Below are positions 1 to 11,344 of a stretch of 64,000 bases of DNA, in pieces; the first letter of the stretch is position 1, and each line of letters begins with the position of its first letter. The notes below the pieces were generated by a model. The model searched no databases. It had not been told where the DNA came from and saw nothing but the letters and a program-made list of their open reading frames with translations. The stretch lies in the NCBI GenBank assembly GCA_963843575.1, contig CAWJKZ010000013.1:224001-288000 (forward strand), given 5' to 3'. The translations under genes and the position numbers were made by a program. This stretch comes from an uncultured Acidobacteriota bacterium (lineage in GTDB: Bacteria > Acidobacteriota > UBA6911).

Positions 1-1
1 C

Positions 2-1144
2 CTGGGGGTCATCGGGTGCGGCGGAATGGCCGGGTCGCACATGGACGCGCTCGTGCCGATGAAAGAGACCGACAACGTGGAGATCGGGGCGGTATGCGAC
101 ATTTTCAGCAAACGGCTGGATGCCGCAGCCCGGAAGACCGGCGGCAAGCCCTTTGCGCACTACAAGGAACTCCTGGCCCAGAAGGACCTGGACTACGTCC
201 TCATCGCGACCCCGGAGCACTGGCACTACCAGATGATCCTCGACGCTCTCGACGCGGGCAAGCACGTGTACGTGGAAAAGCCGATGACCCACAGCATCGC
301 CCAGTCGCGGGAAGTGGTGCGCAGGATGCGGGATTCCAAGCTCAAACTGCAGGTGGGGGTGCAGGGGACGTCCGACGAGTCTTACGAGGTTGCGAACCGC
401 TACGTGCGCGACGGGGTTCTCGGCAAGGTGGTGATGGCCCAGATCGACTACTCACGCAATTACGCGAACGACTTCTGGGCCTACGACATCGATCCCGACG
501 CCAAACCGGGCATAAACCTGGACTGGCAGGCGTGGCTGGGCCCGGCGCCCAAGAGACCCTGGGACCCGCGCCGGTACTTTCAGTGGCGCCGTTACTGGGA
601 TTATTCCGGGGGTATCGCCACGGACCTGTTCATCCACCGGGTGACGCGGATCCTCAAAGCCGTCGGATTGACGTTTCCCGACCGAGTCGTGGCCACGGGG
701 GGCAAGTGGAACTTCGCCGGCAGCGTCGCCGAGATCCCGGACACCTTCAACATGCTGTGCGATTATCCGGGAGGCCCCACCGTCGCCCTCATCTCCTCGA
801 TGGCGAACGCGACTCCGATAGACCACGTCATCCGCGGGCACTACGCAACCCTGACCTTCACACGTGAGGGGTTTGAAATCCGACCCGAAGGGGACATCGC
901 CCGGCAGGAGAATTCCCCGAAGGCGGGAGACATCAAAGCGATTTCCTACAAGAAGACCGGGGCCGAGGACGTGACCCTGCACCATCGCAACCTGCACGCG
1001 GCGATACGCGGGGGCGAGGAACTTCACTGTGATCACATGCTCGGGTACTACGGCGTGGTGGTCACGATGATGGGGGTCGAATCCTACCGCACCCGCCGCT
1101 ACCTGCGCTGGGAACCCCGGCAGCAGAAGGCCGTCGTTTCGTAG
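2..1144 (+). CDS. Gfo/Idh/MocA family oxidoreductase (5' truncated by window edge)
   Basis: Frame open from base 2: [13 protein letters not shown] Rossmann motif, [35 protein letters not shown]. Confidence 0.9.
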   Translation: MGVIGCGGMAGSHMDALVPMKETDNVEIGAVCDIFSKRLDAAARKTGGKPFAHYKELLAQKDLDYVLIATPEHWHYQMILDALDAGKHVYVEKPMTHSIAQSREVVRRMRDSKLKLQVGVQGTSDESYEVANRYVRDGVLGKVVMAQIDYSRNYANDFWAYDIDPDAKPGINLDWQAWLGPAPKRPWDPRRYFQWRRYWDYSGGIATDLFIHRVTRILKAVGLTFPDRVVATGGKWNFAGSVAEIPDTFNMLCDYPGGPTVALISSMANATPIDHVIRGHYATLTFTREGFEIRPEGDIARQENSPKAGDIKAISYKKTGAEDVTLHHRNLHAAIRGGEELHCDHMLGYYGVVVTMMGVESYRTRRYLRWEPRQQKAVVS

Positions 1145-1147
1145 AAT

Positions 1148-2182
1148 TCAGCTCCAGCGGAACCAGCGCATCGCGCACACGAACGAAAGGGCGCCCCAGA
1201 GCGCCACCACGGCCAGCGGAAGGGTCTGCGAGTACAGCGAAGCCCCCTCGAGGATGACGGCCCGAAGCGCGTAGTTCAGCTGGGTCAGGGGCAGGGCCTG
1301 CACGACCGGCTGCAATGCGCCGGGGAACCTGTCGGGCGAAAAAAAGATCCCCGACAGGAGCCACATCGGCAACATCACCAGATTCATCAGACCGGACACG
1401 GTCTCGATCCTCTGCGCGCGGCTGGCGATCAACAAGCCCAGCCCGGCAAACGCGATATCTCCCACCAGGCAGACCAGGAGGATGGTCGCCCAGTTGCCCT
1501 TTACGAGCACGCCGAACAGCAGCGCGCCCGCTCCCAGGACCACCACGATCTCCGGGATCATGAACAGCAGGCGGCCGCCGATCATCGACCACATGAAATG
1601 GGTGCGCTTCATGGGGGTGGCCACGAAGCGCTTCAGGAGCTTGCGCACCCGCATGTCCACGATCACAAAACCGACGCCCCACATGCCGCTGCCCATCAGG
1701 TTCATCCCGAGCAGGCCCGGCACCAGGAAATCGATGTAGCGTGCCCCGGGTTCGGTGACGTGTTTCTCGGTGGTGGGTATGACGTCGGGCCTGCCCGCCG
1801 ATCGCTGCAGGGCGTCGTCGACCTGGATCCGCGCCATCGCGCTCTCTGGGCGCGTGGGGTCGAACAGGTACGTGAACGGCTCGCCCGGGATGACGACGAT
1901 CGACGATTTGCCCAGCCGGAGCCGGTCCTGGCACTCGTCCGCCCGGTGTATTTCCGCCGTGAAGTTGGGCACCGCCGCGAGCGTCTTCTGGATCTGCCGC
2001 GCGTGCGGGCCGTCCTGGATGTCGACGAAAACGCGATCGGGCGGCCGGTTTCGGAAGGCGATGCCCAGCCCCACCGCGAGGAGCAACGGAAAACCGTAGG
2101 TCCAGAACACCGCCTCGGGCTCGCGCAGGAACTCCCGCATCCGCGCCGTCAGCAGCTCTCTAAGAGGGTGGTACCTCGTCAT
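1148..2182 (-). CDS. ABC-2 type transporter permease
   Basis: Multiple TM segments, YIDFLVPGLLGM, LSGIFFS, LPLT; start moved to ATG at 2182, overlapping the ATPase gene. Confidence 0.9.
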   Translation of the reverse strand: MTRYHPLRELLTARMREFLREPEAVFWTYGFPLLLAVGLGIAFRNRPPDRVFVDIQDGPHARQIQKTLAAVPNFTAEIHRADECQDRLRLGKSSIVVIPGEPFTYLFDPTRPESAMARIQVDDALQRSAGRPDVIPTTEKHVTEPGARYIDFLVPGLLGMNLMGSGMWGVGFVIVDMRVRKLLKRFVATPMKRTHFMWSMIGGRLLFMIPEIVVVLGAGALLFGVLVKGNWATILLVCLVGDIAFAGLGLLIASRAQRIETVSGLMNLVMLPMWLLSGIFFSPDRFPGALQPVVQALPLTQLNYALRAVILEGASLYSQTLPLAVVALWGALSFVCAMRWFRWS

Positions 2183-3119
2183 CGCGCAAGTGCCTCCCGG
2201 TGAGGTGGACGAAAACATCCTCGAGGCTGACGTGGCGCGTGGTCAAGCGCGCGAGCTGCTGGCCGCGCGACTGCAGACGCTCGAGCAGGGCGGGAACCGC
2301 GACGTGCGGTTCGCCGACCGTGAGGGCTATGGCGGGGCCGTCCGAACGCACCTCGCGCACCGACGGGAGCGAACCGTACTCGGCCGCCGACGGGCCGGCG
2401 CCGTTGGTCACCGCAAACTCGATGACGTGCTCGCCGCCGAGTCCCGCGATCAGCTCGCTCGGCGATCCCAGCGCGATCACCTTGCCATGGTCCACGACCG
2501 CGACACGGTCGCAGAGCCGTTCCGCCTCGTCCATGTAGTGCGTCGTGATCAGCGTCGTCCGCCCCTCCTCCTTTAGCCCGCGGATAATATCCCACAGCTG
2601 CCGGCGCGACTGGGGATCCAGCCCCGTGGTTGGTTCGTCCAGGAACAGGAGGTCCGGGTTGCCGACCAGCGCGCAGGCAACGGCCAGCCGCTGCCGCTGC
2701 CCCCCCGAGAGTTTGCCCACCCACGCCCCAGCCTTCTCGACGAGGCCGACCGCCTCCATGGTCGCTGCCGGATCCTTGCCCGAGCGATAGAAGCTGCGGA
2801 AAAGGACGAGCGTCTCGCGGACCGAGAGCTTTTCCGGGAACCGGGTCTCCTGAAGGGAGATGCCAATCCTCTGCCGGAGCTCGTCGTCGTGCTCCCCCCA
2901 GCGCCTGCCGAGCACCTCCACGTCGCCCGAGGTCGGCGCGAGCAGCCCCTCGAGGATCTCGATCGTGGTGGTTTTTCCCGCGCCGTTGGGCCCGAGCAGC
3001 CCGAAGCATTCGCCCGAGCGCACCTGCAAATCCAGGCCGTTGACCGCGTCCACGGCGCCGGAGCGGCTCTTGTACCGTTTCGTCAGGTTGCGGCAGTCGA
3101 TCGCCAGGTCCGACGTCAT
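2160..3119 (-). CDS. ABC transporter ATP-binding protein
   Basis: Walker A GPNGAGKT, LSGGQ signature, Walker B LLFLDEPT, TTHYM. Confidence 0.95.
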   Translation of the reverse strand: MTSDLAIDCRNLTKRYKSRSGAVDAVNGLDLQVRSGECFGLLGPNGAGKTTTIEILEGLLAPTSGDVEVLGRRWGEHDDELRQRIGISLQETRFPEKLSVRETLVLFRSFYRSGKDPAATMEAVGLVEKAGAWVGKLSGGQRQRLAVACALVGNPDLLFLDEPTTGLDPQSRRQLWDIIRGLKEEGRTTLITTHYMDEAERLCDRVAVVDHGKVIALGSPSELIAGLGGEHVIEFAVTNGAGPSAAEYGSLPSVREVRSDGPAIALTVGEPHVAVPALLERLQSRGQQLARLTTRHVSLEDVFVHLTGRHLRDDEVPPS

Positions 3120-3236
3120 ATGCGAGCTATCCAGGCTTCAATGCCGGTCAAATATACGCGTAATAGGATACCAGAGGGGAACGTTCTTCCCCGGCCGCGC
3201 GTATCTCTGGTTGCACCCTTCTCGTGGAGGTTTACA

Positions 3237-3893
3237 ATGGCAACCCCTCACCTGTGCGCCCTGGCCGCCGCCGGCGCGCTCTGCGTCACACTCTCGGGGG
3301 CGCCGGGCGTGGCCCAGGATTCCATCCAGTACCGTCTCCTCAAAGGCTCGGACTATCAGGTGTTCGAGGACGGCGTGACTCCCCGCGCTCGCGTCAGGGC
3401 GAATTACTACAAGCCTTCCCCCGGAGACCAATGGGGCGTCTCGCCCGGACAAGTCTCGATCGAGTACGGGCTGCCGGCGTGGAAGCCGGAGTACGACCAG
3501 CTGTTCGACAAGATGCCGGGCGGAAAAAGGTGGCGCCTCGGCTCGAACTACTGGACGAACCTCTCCAGCTCGTTCCCATTCGAAGCCGGGGGGCATCGGA
3601 TCCCGGCCGGTTACTACTACCTCGTCCTTGAGCGCACCGACCAGAAGCGGTGGAGCCTGATCGTCCTGGAGCCTTCGGACATGACCCACCGCCAGCTGGA
3701 TCCATACCACGTCAACCTGAAAGAGAGCGGCGCCGGAATTCCTATCGCGCTCGAGTCGGAGCGTTCGGAGAAAACCGCGGACCGGCTCGAGATCACGCTC
3801 AAGCTGCAGGACGACGACCCGCAAGAGATGGCCGTGCACATCCGCTTCGGGCCCCACCACTTCCACTCCGCTCCGCTGCGCGTGCAGTTTTGA
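3237..3893 (+). CDS. Secreted DUF2911-like protein
   Basis: GGAGG SD before ATG 3237; signal peptide; SIEYGLP...WRLGSN...IPAGYY pattern. Confidence 0.7.
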   Translation: MATPHLCALAAAGALCVTLSGAPGVAQDSIQYRLLKGSDYQVFEDGVTPRARVRANYYKPSPGDQWGVSPGQVSIEYGLPAWKPEYDQLFDKMPGGKRWRLGSNYWTNLSSSFPFEAGGHRIPAGYYYLVLERTDQKRWSLIVLEPSDMTHRQLDPYHVNLKESGAGIPIALESERSEKTADRLEITLKLQDDDPQEMAVHIRFGPHHFHSAPLRVQF

Positions 3894-4017
3894 CGAGGGG
3901 GCCGCGTCGGGCGAAGCCCCGGGCTGCGTCGAGCCACCGCGGCCCACGCCGGGAGCTTGACGGGCCGGGACGCGGACTGCTACAAGGGTCACGGACATTC
4001 AACCGGAGGGGAGTGCG

Positions 4018-4797
4018 ATGATGGATCGGAGAACTTTCGTTGGGACGTTGGGCGGCGCCGGATTGACGGCCGCGGGCGGGTTTGCGGCGACCACGGAGAA
4101 GCGGCGTGTGTTCGTGCTCGAGAACTACTATCTCAAGAACGGAACCCAGAGCGGACGGATTCACGACTTCATCGCGAAGGCGGCGCTCCCCGCGCTGAAA
4201 AGGCTCGTTCCGGGGCCGCAGCTTGTGCTCGACGCCCTCGTTGCCTCCCACATGCCGCAAGTGGCGGTCGTTACGGGGTTCCGCTCGGCGGATGAGTTGT
4301 GGGAAGTCCGGGCCAGGGTGCTGGCGGACGCCGAGCTCGCGAAGGCGGTCGAGCAGTGGGAAAACAATGAGGAGGCCCCTTACGAGCACTTCTCGACGTC
4401 CCTCCTCGAAGCGACACCCTACTGCCCCGAAATTGCGGCCACCTCAGAACCGAGAACGACGCCGAGGGTTTTCGAACTGCGGACCTATCACTCGCCGACC
4501 TGGAAACAGCTGCGAGCGCTGCACGAGCGTTTCGCCGGGCCGGAAATCCAGATCTTCAGCCGCGTCGGCGTGCACCCGATCCTGTACTCGTCCACCGTGA
4601 TCGGCGCGCAGATGCCCAACCTCACCTACCTTATTCCCTTCGAAGACCTCGCCGCCCGGGAAAAAGCCTGGAACGCTTTCTCCGCCGACCCGGAGTGGAT
4701 CAGGGTAAGGAAGGAATCGATCGACCGGCACGGCCAGATCTCGAGTGTCATCCAGATGTCGCTCTGGCGCGCGACCGCTTACTCCCCCATCCGGTGA
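4018..4797 (+). CDS. NIPSNAP family protein with Tat signal
   Basis: DRRTFV twin-arginine motif; RVFELRTYHSP, NLTYLIPF, AWNAFSADPEW. Confidence 0.85.
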   Translation: MMDRRTFVGTLGGAGLTAAGGFAATTEKRRVFVLENYYLKNGTQSGRIHDFIAKAALPALKRLVPGPQLVLDALVASHMPQVAVVTGFRSADELWEVRARVLADAELAKAVEQWENNEEAPYEHFSTSLLEATPYCPEIAATSEPRTTPRVFELRTYHSPTWKQLRALHERFAGPEIQIFSRVGVHPILYSSTVIGAQMPNLTYLIPFEDLAAREKAWNAFSADPEWIRVRKESIDRHGQISSVIQMSLWRATAYSPIR

Positions 4798-4976
4798 CCC
4801 GATCGCCGGTGGCGCCCGCGGCAGGGATCACGGAAATTGCTATTCTCGCGATCTGCCGTCCGCGAGGATGAGCCGCGGTGACGGCAGGAGTGGGACGAAG
4901 CTCCCGAGCCAGCACAGATGCGTGCGGCGATCGCAAAGATAGCGCAGATTGCTATTGTCGGAGCCGTTTTACCAGC

Positions 4977-6669
4977 TCATGTTCCGGCAGTTTGGGACGA
5001 GCTGAGCGGGGTCTGTCCGCCGGATTTGCGGATTGCTGCAAGTCGTGCGGCGCCATCCTCGCGCAGGCGGAATTTCTGCACCTTGCCGCTGCTTGTCATC
5101 GGGAAAGTGTCGACGAAGAAAACGTACTTGGGGATCTTGTACCTGGCGATCTTGCCCCGGCAGTAGTCCTCGATGTCGCCCGGTTCCAGAGCGATGTTCT
5201 TGTGCAGCTGGACGTACGCGGCCACTTCTTCGCCGTATTTCTCGTTCGGCACCCCGACGATCTGCACGTCGCGGATCTCGGGCATCCCGTGCAGGAAGTC
5301 CTCTACCTCTTTCGGGTAAATATTTTCGCCCCCGCGGATGATCAGGTCCTTCAACCTCCCGGTGATCTTGTAGTAGCCGTCCTCGGTGCGCAGCGCCGTG
5401 TCACCGGTGCGCAGCCATCCCTCGGCGTCGACCGCAAGCGCCGTTTCCTGGGGCATTTTATAGTAGCCCTTCATCGTGTTGTATCCCCTGGAGCAGAGTT
5501 CCCCGGGGGTGTTCACGGGGAGTTCCGCCCCGGTTTCGGGATCCACGATTCGCACCTCCACCCCCTCGAAGGGCTTCCCGATCGTCGTGACCCGGACGTC
5601 GACCGGGTCGTCCGTCCGCGTCTGGGTGATGCCGGGGGAAGCCTCGGTAAGGCCGTATACGATCGTGATCTCCCGGCAGTGCATCCTCTCCATGACCTCG
5701 AGCATGACCGGCTCGGGACAGGGCGACCCGGCCATGATCCCGGTGCGGAGCGATGTTCAGGTCGAACATGTTGAACATCGGGTGGCTCAACTCGGCGATG
5801 AACATCGTGGGCACGCCGTAGAGGGCCGTGCAGCGCTCCTTCTGGACCACGGCGAGCACCATCAGCGGATCGTAGCTCTCGAGCGGCACCATCGTCGCGT
5901 CGTGTGTGTAGGCAGCGAGGACCCCAAGGGTGATGCCGAAACAGTGAAACAGCGGAACCGGCAGGCAGACGCGATCGTCCGGGGTGAATCTCTGGCGTTC
6001 GCCGATGGCGAAGCCGTTGTTGATGATGCTGTGGTGGGTCAGCATTACGCCCTTCGGGAAGCCGGTTGTCCCCGAAGTGTATTGCATGTTGATCACATCG
6101 TGGGGGTTCAGCTCTGCGGTCGCGCTCTCCAGCTCCGCGTCCGTGACGGCGTCGCCGAGGCGGAAGACCTCGTCGAGTCCGAACATGCCGCGGTGCTGCT
6201 TGGGCCCGATGTACACGACTCTCTGGAGGAAGGGGAACTTGGCGCTGTGCAGCTCGCCCTTTCCGCAGAATTTCAACTCCGGCACCAGGTTGTAGATTTC
6301 ACGGACGTAGTCGACGTCGCGGTAACCGTCGATCGTGAACAGCGCTTTCATGTCCGACTGCTGCAGCACGTACTCGAGCTCGTGGGGACGGTAGTTGGTG
6401 TTGACCGTGACCATGACGGCCCCCACTCGTGCGGTGGCGAACAGGATCACGATCCAATCGGGAACGTTGGTGGCCCAGATTCCGACGTGGTCTCCCCTCC
6501 GGATTCCGAGGGCGAGCAGGCCCTTGGCGAGCCGCGTCACGCGCCCATCAAGCTCTCCATACGAATATCGCAGATCCCGATCCGAGTAGATCAGCGCGGG
6601 ATGATCCGGGCGCCGGCGCGCAGCATCGCGCAGCAGCGCACCCAACGTGCACTCAAACACCTCTGACAC
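4977..6669 (-). CDS. AMP-binding acyl-CoA synthetase, split by a +1 frameshift near 5756
   Basis: [48 protein letters not shown]; removing one base at 5756-5757 restores [16 protein letters not shown]; GTG start with GGAGG SD. Confidence 0.88.
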
Positions 6670-6754
6670 GGATTCCTCCCTTCCGGAACCGACGATAATG
6701 CCCCCGCGCGGGATTTGCCGCAAGAAGTTTTGCTTAGAAACACGGCAAGGCCGT

Positions 6755-6864
6755 CAAGTGGGTCCGGGCTGAAGCCCGGACGCTGTTTGCGGTCGCTGTG
6801 ACGTGCGCCCGTCGCCACATAGATCAGATCAAAAGACGTCCGGGCTGAAGCCCGGACCCACGTG
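6755..6864. repeat. REPIN-like palindromic element, copy 1
   Basis: Two GTCCGGGCTGAAGCCCGGAC hairpins at the ends; near-identical reverse-complement copy at 25651-25756. Confidence 0.8.
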
Positions 6865-7003
6865 TTTTTTCGGGCAGTTTCGGAAAACGTCAACCGTTGA
6901 GCTGCCGCTTCAGTGCCGACCCGCTTGATTGTTCGACTTTGGTTTTTCCCCATTCGGCAGCGATGCAGTAGACTATCAGGGTTTCCGCGGAGAGGAGATC
7001 ACC

Positions 7004-8098
7004 ATGCACGTTTCGGAGCTGGATACACCGGCCCTGGTTGTTGACCTCGACATACTGGAGAAGAACATCGCCGAGATGTCGAGCTACTGTTCCGGGCACG
7101 GGATCGCGTTGCGCCCGCACACCAAGACCCACAAGATCCCGGCCATAGCCCGCATGCAGCTGGCCGCCGGCGCCTGCGGCATCACGGTGGCGAAGGTCGG
7201 CGAAGCGGAACTGATGGCGAGCGAGGGTTTCGATGACATCCTCATCGCCTACCCGGTGGTTGGTGCATCGAAGCTCGAGCGGCTCGCGGCCCTGTGCCAG
7301 ATTGCGCGCGTGACGGTCGCCACCGACGCGCTGGAAGTCGCGGAGAGGATCTCCCGCGCGGTTTCCACGGCTGGCGCCCGGATCGGACTGCTCGCCGAAA
7401 TGGACGCGGGCCTGCGCCGGTGCGGCGTGCAGAGCACGGCCGAACTCGTGGCGCTCGCTCAGGGCATCTCCCGGCTGCCCAATGTCACCTTTGCCGGATT
7501 CCTCTGCTTCCCAGGTCACATCCGGGCGAATCCTGCCGACCAGATCCCGATGCTCGAGGCCATCGACGCGCGGCTGCGCGAGGCACAGGAATGCCTGTTC
7601 CGTTCCGGTCTCGAGGTCCGGGTGGTGAGCGGCGGCTCCACGCCGACCGCTTACCGCAGCCACGTGATGAAGACCGTCACCGAGATCCGACCGGGCACCT
7701 ATGTCTACAACGACATGAACACGGTTACCATCGGTGCGATAGGGCTCGACCGTTGCGCCCTGACGGTGCACACCACCGTCGTCAGCACTGCCGTCAAGGG
7801 ACGGATCGTGATCGACGGGGGCTCGAAGACCTTCTCGAGCGATCGACTGCGGGGCGGCGAGGGGCAGGGTTTCGGTTACCTCGTCGGTCACCCCGAAGTG
7901 CAGCTGGAGTCGATGTCCGAAGAGCACGGCCACGTCAACGTCGAAGGCACGACTCACCGTTTCCGGATCGGCGACCGGCTCTGCTTCATTCCCAACCACG
8001 TCTGCACGGCTGTCAACCTGCACAACGAACTCTGGGGCGTGCGGTATGACAGCGTCGTGGAACGCTGGCCGATCGCGGCGCGCGGTCTCGTGCGCTGA
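7004..8098 (+). CDS. PLP-dependent D-threonine aldolase / D-serine dehydratase family (fold type III)
   Basis: LDTPALVVD, LRPHTKTHK (PLP Lys), SGGSTPT, EIRPGTYVYND, SEEHG, IPNHVC. Confidence 0.9.
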   Translation: MHVSELDTPALVVDLDILEKNIAEMSSYCSGHGIALRPHTKTHKIPAIARMQLAAGACGITVAKVGEAELMASEGFDDILIAYPVVGASKLERLAALCQIARVTVATDALEVAERISRAVSTAGARIGLLAEMDAGLRRCGVQSTAELVALAQGISRLPNVTFAGFLCFPGHIRANPADQIPMLEAIDARLREAQECLFRSGLEVRVVSGGSTPTAYRSHVMKTVTEIRPGTYVYNDMNTVTIGAIGLDRCALTVHTTVVSTAVKGRIVIDGGSKTFSSDRLRGGEGQGFGYLVGHPEVQLESMSEEHGHVNVEGTTHRFRIGDRLCFIPNHVCTAVNLHNELWGVRYDSVVERWPIAARGLVR

Positions 8099-8121
8099 CG
8101 GCCCCCACAGGACCGACGTTC

Positions 8122-9021
8122 TCAGCGGGAAGTCGACGCCCTGATCCTCTCCCGGAACTCGGACGACTTGCTGCGGACTTCGCGGATGGACTCGAGCAGG
8201 CTGGGCTCCCTCAAGTCGGCCAATCCGACCGTGTGGAGCTGAGGATTGAGAAAACGCACGATGCGCCGGCCAGTGTTTTGCACGAGCCTGGCCAGCTGCA
8301 AAGCCGTGTCCATAACCGGCGGACCGGCGCCGCGCGGCTCGGCCGCCGCGCTCCCCGCCCGGCTCTTCCCGGGCGCCTTTGGCAGCGCCTGCAGCATGTT
8401 CTCGCCGAGCCGCCGCGCGTACTTGTCCAGTTCCTGGGCATGCTGCGCCGCCGCGGCGGCCGCGCGCGCCTTGAGTTCTGGGCTGATGCCCGGATCCAGG
8501 CCCGCATACGCCAGCGCGGGCAAGTCCGCCCCATAGCGCCCCATCCTTTTCTCGTATTCAAGCGTCTGCTCGGCAAACAGCAGGATGCGCAGCTTCAGGA
8601 AGTACTCGGGATCGCTCTCCCTCCCCACGGGAGCGGGCATTACGGTGTCCTGGGAGCTCTGCATGTGGCCCCGCAACTCCGAGTTGTTCCAGAGGCTGGG
8701 CGGCGGATCCCGGTCGCTCGCGGTCTTCCTGCCCTCCGGAAGCCGCGTCGGGTACACATCGACCTGAAAGGCGGGACGCAGCGGATCGAGCAGGGTCGTG
8801 AGCTTTTCAAACGCCTTTTCGTCCTCGACGACACACCACACCTCGAGACCCTTCTCGTGGAAGACAAACTTGGCGTCCAGATCCTGGCACAATTCCGTCT
8901 CGTGGAACCGGAGCCAGACGCCGACGATCTCCACCGGCACACCCCTCGGGGTGTTCGGAGGAACCGCCGTCGCCGCGGGCCATAGGATGGGGAGGAGCGA
9001 GAAGAGCAATATCCAGGGCAT
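8122..9021 (-). CDS. Hypothetical secreted protein
   Basis: Long ORF with N-terminal hydrophobic signal MPWILLFSLLPILWPAATA; no recognised domain. Confidence 0.65.
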   Translation of the reverse strand: MPWILLFSLLPILWPAATAVPPNTPRGVPVEIVGVWLRFHETELCQDLDAKFVFHEKGLEVWCVVEDEKAFEKLTTLLDPLRPAFQVDVYPTRLPEGRKTASDRDPPPSLWNNSELRGHMQSSQDTVMPAPVGRESDPEYFLKLRILLFAEQTLEYEKRMGRYGADLPALAYAGLDPGISPELKARAAAAAAQHAQELDKYARRLGENMLQALPKAPGKSRAGSAAAEPRGAGPPVMDTALQLARLVQNTGRRIVRFLNPQLHTVGLADLREPSLLESIREVRSKSSEFRERIRASTSR

Positions 9022-9148
9022 ATTCACCCTCGGCGTAATCGTACGTCTTCGGGCCGAAGAAATCCACCGCCCTGGGGTGGGCGGCGCGCCCACTTACTTT
9101 GATATTTCTCCCGTCCTTGTGGTAGAACCGCCGGTGCGAGATCATGCC

Positions 9149-10915
9149 ATGGAGATGCTAAACGAAGGCTCGGCCGCACCTGTCCGCATCAGGCTGGCCA
9201 TGCCCCAGCCCTGGACGCATTATTTCGAAGTCACCCTGGTGATTCCTGATGCCGGCGAGCAGCCCGTCGATCTGGCGATGCCGGTCTGGACTCCCGGCTC
9301 CTACCTTGTCCGCGAGTTCGCCCGCAATGTCCAGGAGTTCGCAGCCTTCGACGATGCCGGGGCGACGCTCCGGTGGGAAAAGATCAGTAAGAACATCTGG
9401 CGGGTTTATCCGGGCAGGCCCGGCAGCGTAACGGCGAAATACAGGGTTTACGCGTTCGAGACGTCGGTCCGGACCAGCTGCCTTGACGACACGCACGGGT
9501 TCGTCAACGGCGCGAGCGTCTTTATGTACGCCGGCGGGCGTCTGGGCTCTCCATGCCTCCTGCACGTCGACGCTCCACCCGGGTGGGACCGCATCTCGAC
9601 CGGGTTGGCGCGGGCGGGCGACGAAACAGGGGCGTTCTACGCACCCGATTTCGACACGCTCCTCGACTGCCCGATCGAGATCGGCCGGCAGCGCGAGTAC
9701 GGCTTTTTTGTCGAGGGCGTGCCTCACCTCGTCTCGCTCTACGGCGAAGGCAACGTCGACCCGGAACGGCTCTGCTCCGACCTGCAGAAGATCGTGGCGG
9801 AAGCCGCCGCCGTCACCGGCGAGATACCCTACCGGGAGTACCTGTTCCTCATCTCCCTGCTGGAGGGCAGCGGCAGCGGCCTGGAACACACGAACTCGAC
9901 CGCGCTGCATGTGAACCGATGGACGTTTCGGCCCGACGCCAGCTACAAGAAGTTTCTGAACCTCGCCGCCCACGAGTTGTTCCACGCCTGGAACATCAAG
10001 AGAATCCGGCCCGACACCCTGGGCCCCTTCGACTATGGCGGCGAGAACTACACGCGCCTGCTTTGGTTTTCCGAGGGTCTGACGGAGTACTACGCCGATC
10101 AGCTGATGCGCCGCGCCGGGCTGGTGACTCCTCAAGAGTATCTCGAGGAACTCTCCAGGGCGATCAAATCGGTCCAGGATACTCCCGGACGCCTGGTCGA
10201 ATCCGTAGCCGACGCGAGCTTCGACGCGTGGATCAAGTTCTATCGCCAGGATCCGCATTCGCAGAACGCCACCGTTTCCTATTACACCAAGGGGGCGCTG
10301 ATCGGGATGGTGTTGGACCTCGAAATCCGACACCGCCAGGCGGGTTCGAGCCTGGACGACGTGATGAGATTCCTCTACGACCGGTATTACAGGAAGTTAA
10401 ACCGCGGATTTGCCGCCGAGGAACTTCGTCACGCGTTCGAACAGGCAGCCGGCGGATCCCTGGCGGAGATCTTCGAGGAGTATGTCTACGGGACCCGCGA
10501 ACTGGATTACGAACGTTACCTGGGGTATGCCGGGCTGAGGTTCGACTCTCCCCCGGCGCCGGAAAGCGGAGGCGCACAAGGTTACCTGGGTATTGCCGCC
10601 CAGATTGCCGACGCGAGGCTCATGGTAGTCGGCGTGCCGGCCGGCTCCCCCGCATACGAGTGCGGTCTCAGCGTGAACGACGAGATCCTGGCGGTCGACG
10701 GGTTCCGGGTCTCGCTCGAAACGCTGCCGGCTCGGATCGAAGAGGCCGGGCCCGGGACGGCCGTGGAGCTGCTCGTGTGCCGCGGCGGGATCGTGCGGTG
10801 CATCAGGGTGATAACCGGGGCGAAGCCGTTACAGGAGTATAAGATAACTCGGTTGAGCCAACCCGACGACGCTCAGAAGGAACTCTACGCGCGCTGGCTG
10901 CGCGCGCCGTTTTAG
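9149..10915 (+). CDS. M61 family metallopeptidase with C-terminal PDZ domain
   Basis: MPVWTPGSY, GLEH, HELFHAWN zinc motif, LWFSEGLT, SYYTKG, PDZ-like GSPA..GL...DEILAVDG. Confidence 0.92.
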   Translation: MEMLNEGSAAPVRIRLAMPQPWTHYFEVTLVIPDAGEQPVDLAMPVWTPGSYLVREFARNVQEFAAFDDAGATLRWEKISKNIWRVYPGRPGSVTAKYRVYAFETSVRTSCLDDTHGFVNGASVFMYAGGRLGSPCLLHVDAPPGWDRISTGLARAGDETGAFYAPDFDTLLDCPIEIGRQREYGFFVEGVPHLVSLYGEGNVDPERLCSDLQKIVAEAAAVTGEIPYREYLFLISLLEGSGSGLEHTNSTALHVNRWTFRPDASYKKFLNLAAHELFHAWNIKRIRPDTLGPFDYGGENYTRLLWFSEGLTEYYADQLMRRAGLVTPQEYLEELSRAIKSVQDTPGRLVESVADASFDAWIKFYRQDPHSQNATVSYYTKGALIGMVLDLEIRHRQAGSSLDDVMRFLYDRYYRKLNRGFAAEELRHAFEQAAGGSLAEIFEEYVYGTRELDYERYLGYAGLRFDSPPAPESGGAQGYLGIAAQIADARLMVVGVPAGSPAYECGLSVNDEILAVDGFRVSLETLPARIEEAGPGTAVELLVCRGGIVRCIRVITGAKPLQEYKITRLSQPDDAQKELYARWLRAPF

Positions 10916-11344
10916 GACGGGACGGGCGAAAGCCCTGGGGCAGCGATCGCCACCGCTGAAAACGGGGAGGGGCGGCGGCACGCGAACCGAAATAAAACGG
11001 GCGCTCCCGCGGAGCGCCCTTTCGGCGGAATGTCGCATCTCTCCCAGTAACAAATGCGGCATCCCCGCATAAGTAGCACGAGACCCGGCTGGAGCCTGCC
11101 GGATCTCCTGTCGCCTCTGCTGTATGAATAGATAAATTGAGGCCGGTGGGCCCTCTCGGTCCAGAGGCACACACATCAGGCGACAGCATTTATAGATTCG
11201 ACAAAACTATAGGCTTCGGTGCAAAATAAGTGAAATGAATTCGTTTGATCGAACGGATCAGGGACCCTTATGCTGGGGGCCCGCCGGGAAGGCTCCGGCG
11301 GCAGGACGGACGGCGCGGGGGTTCGTTTCGACATGCGGGGCAAT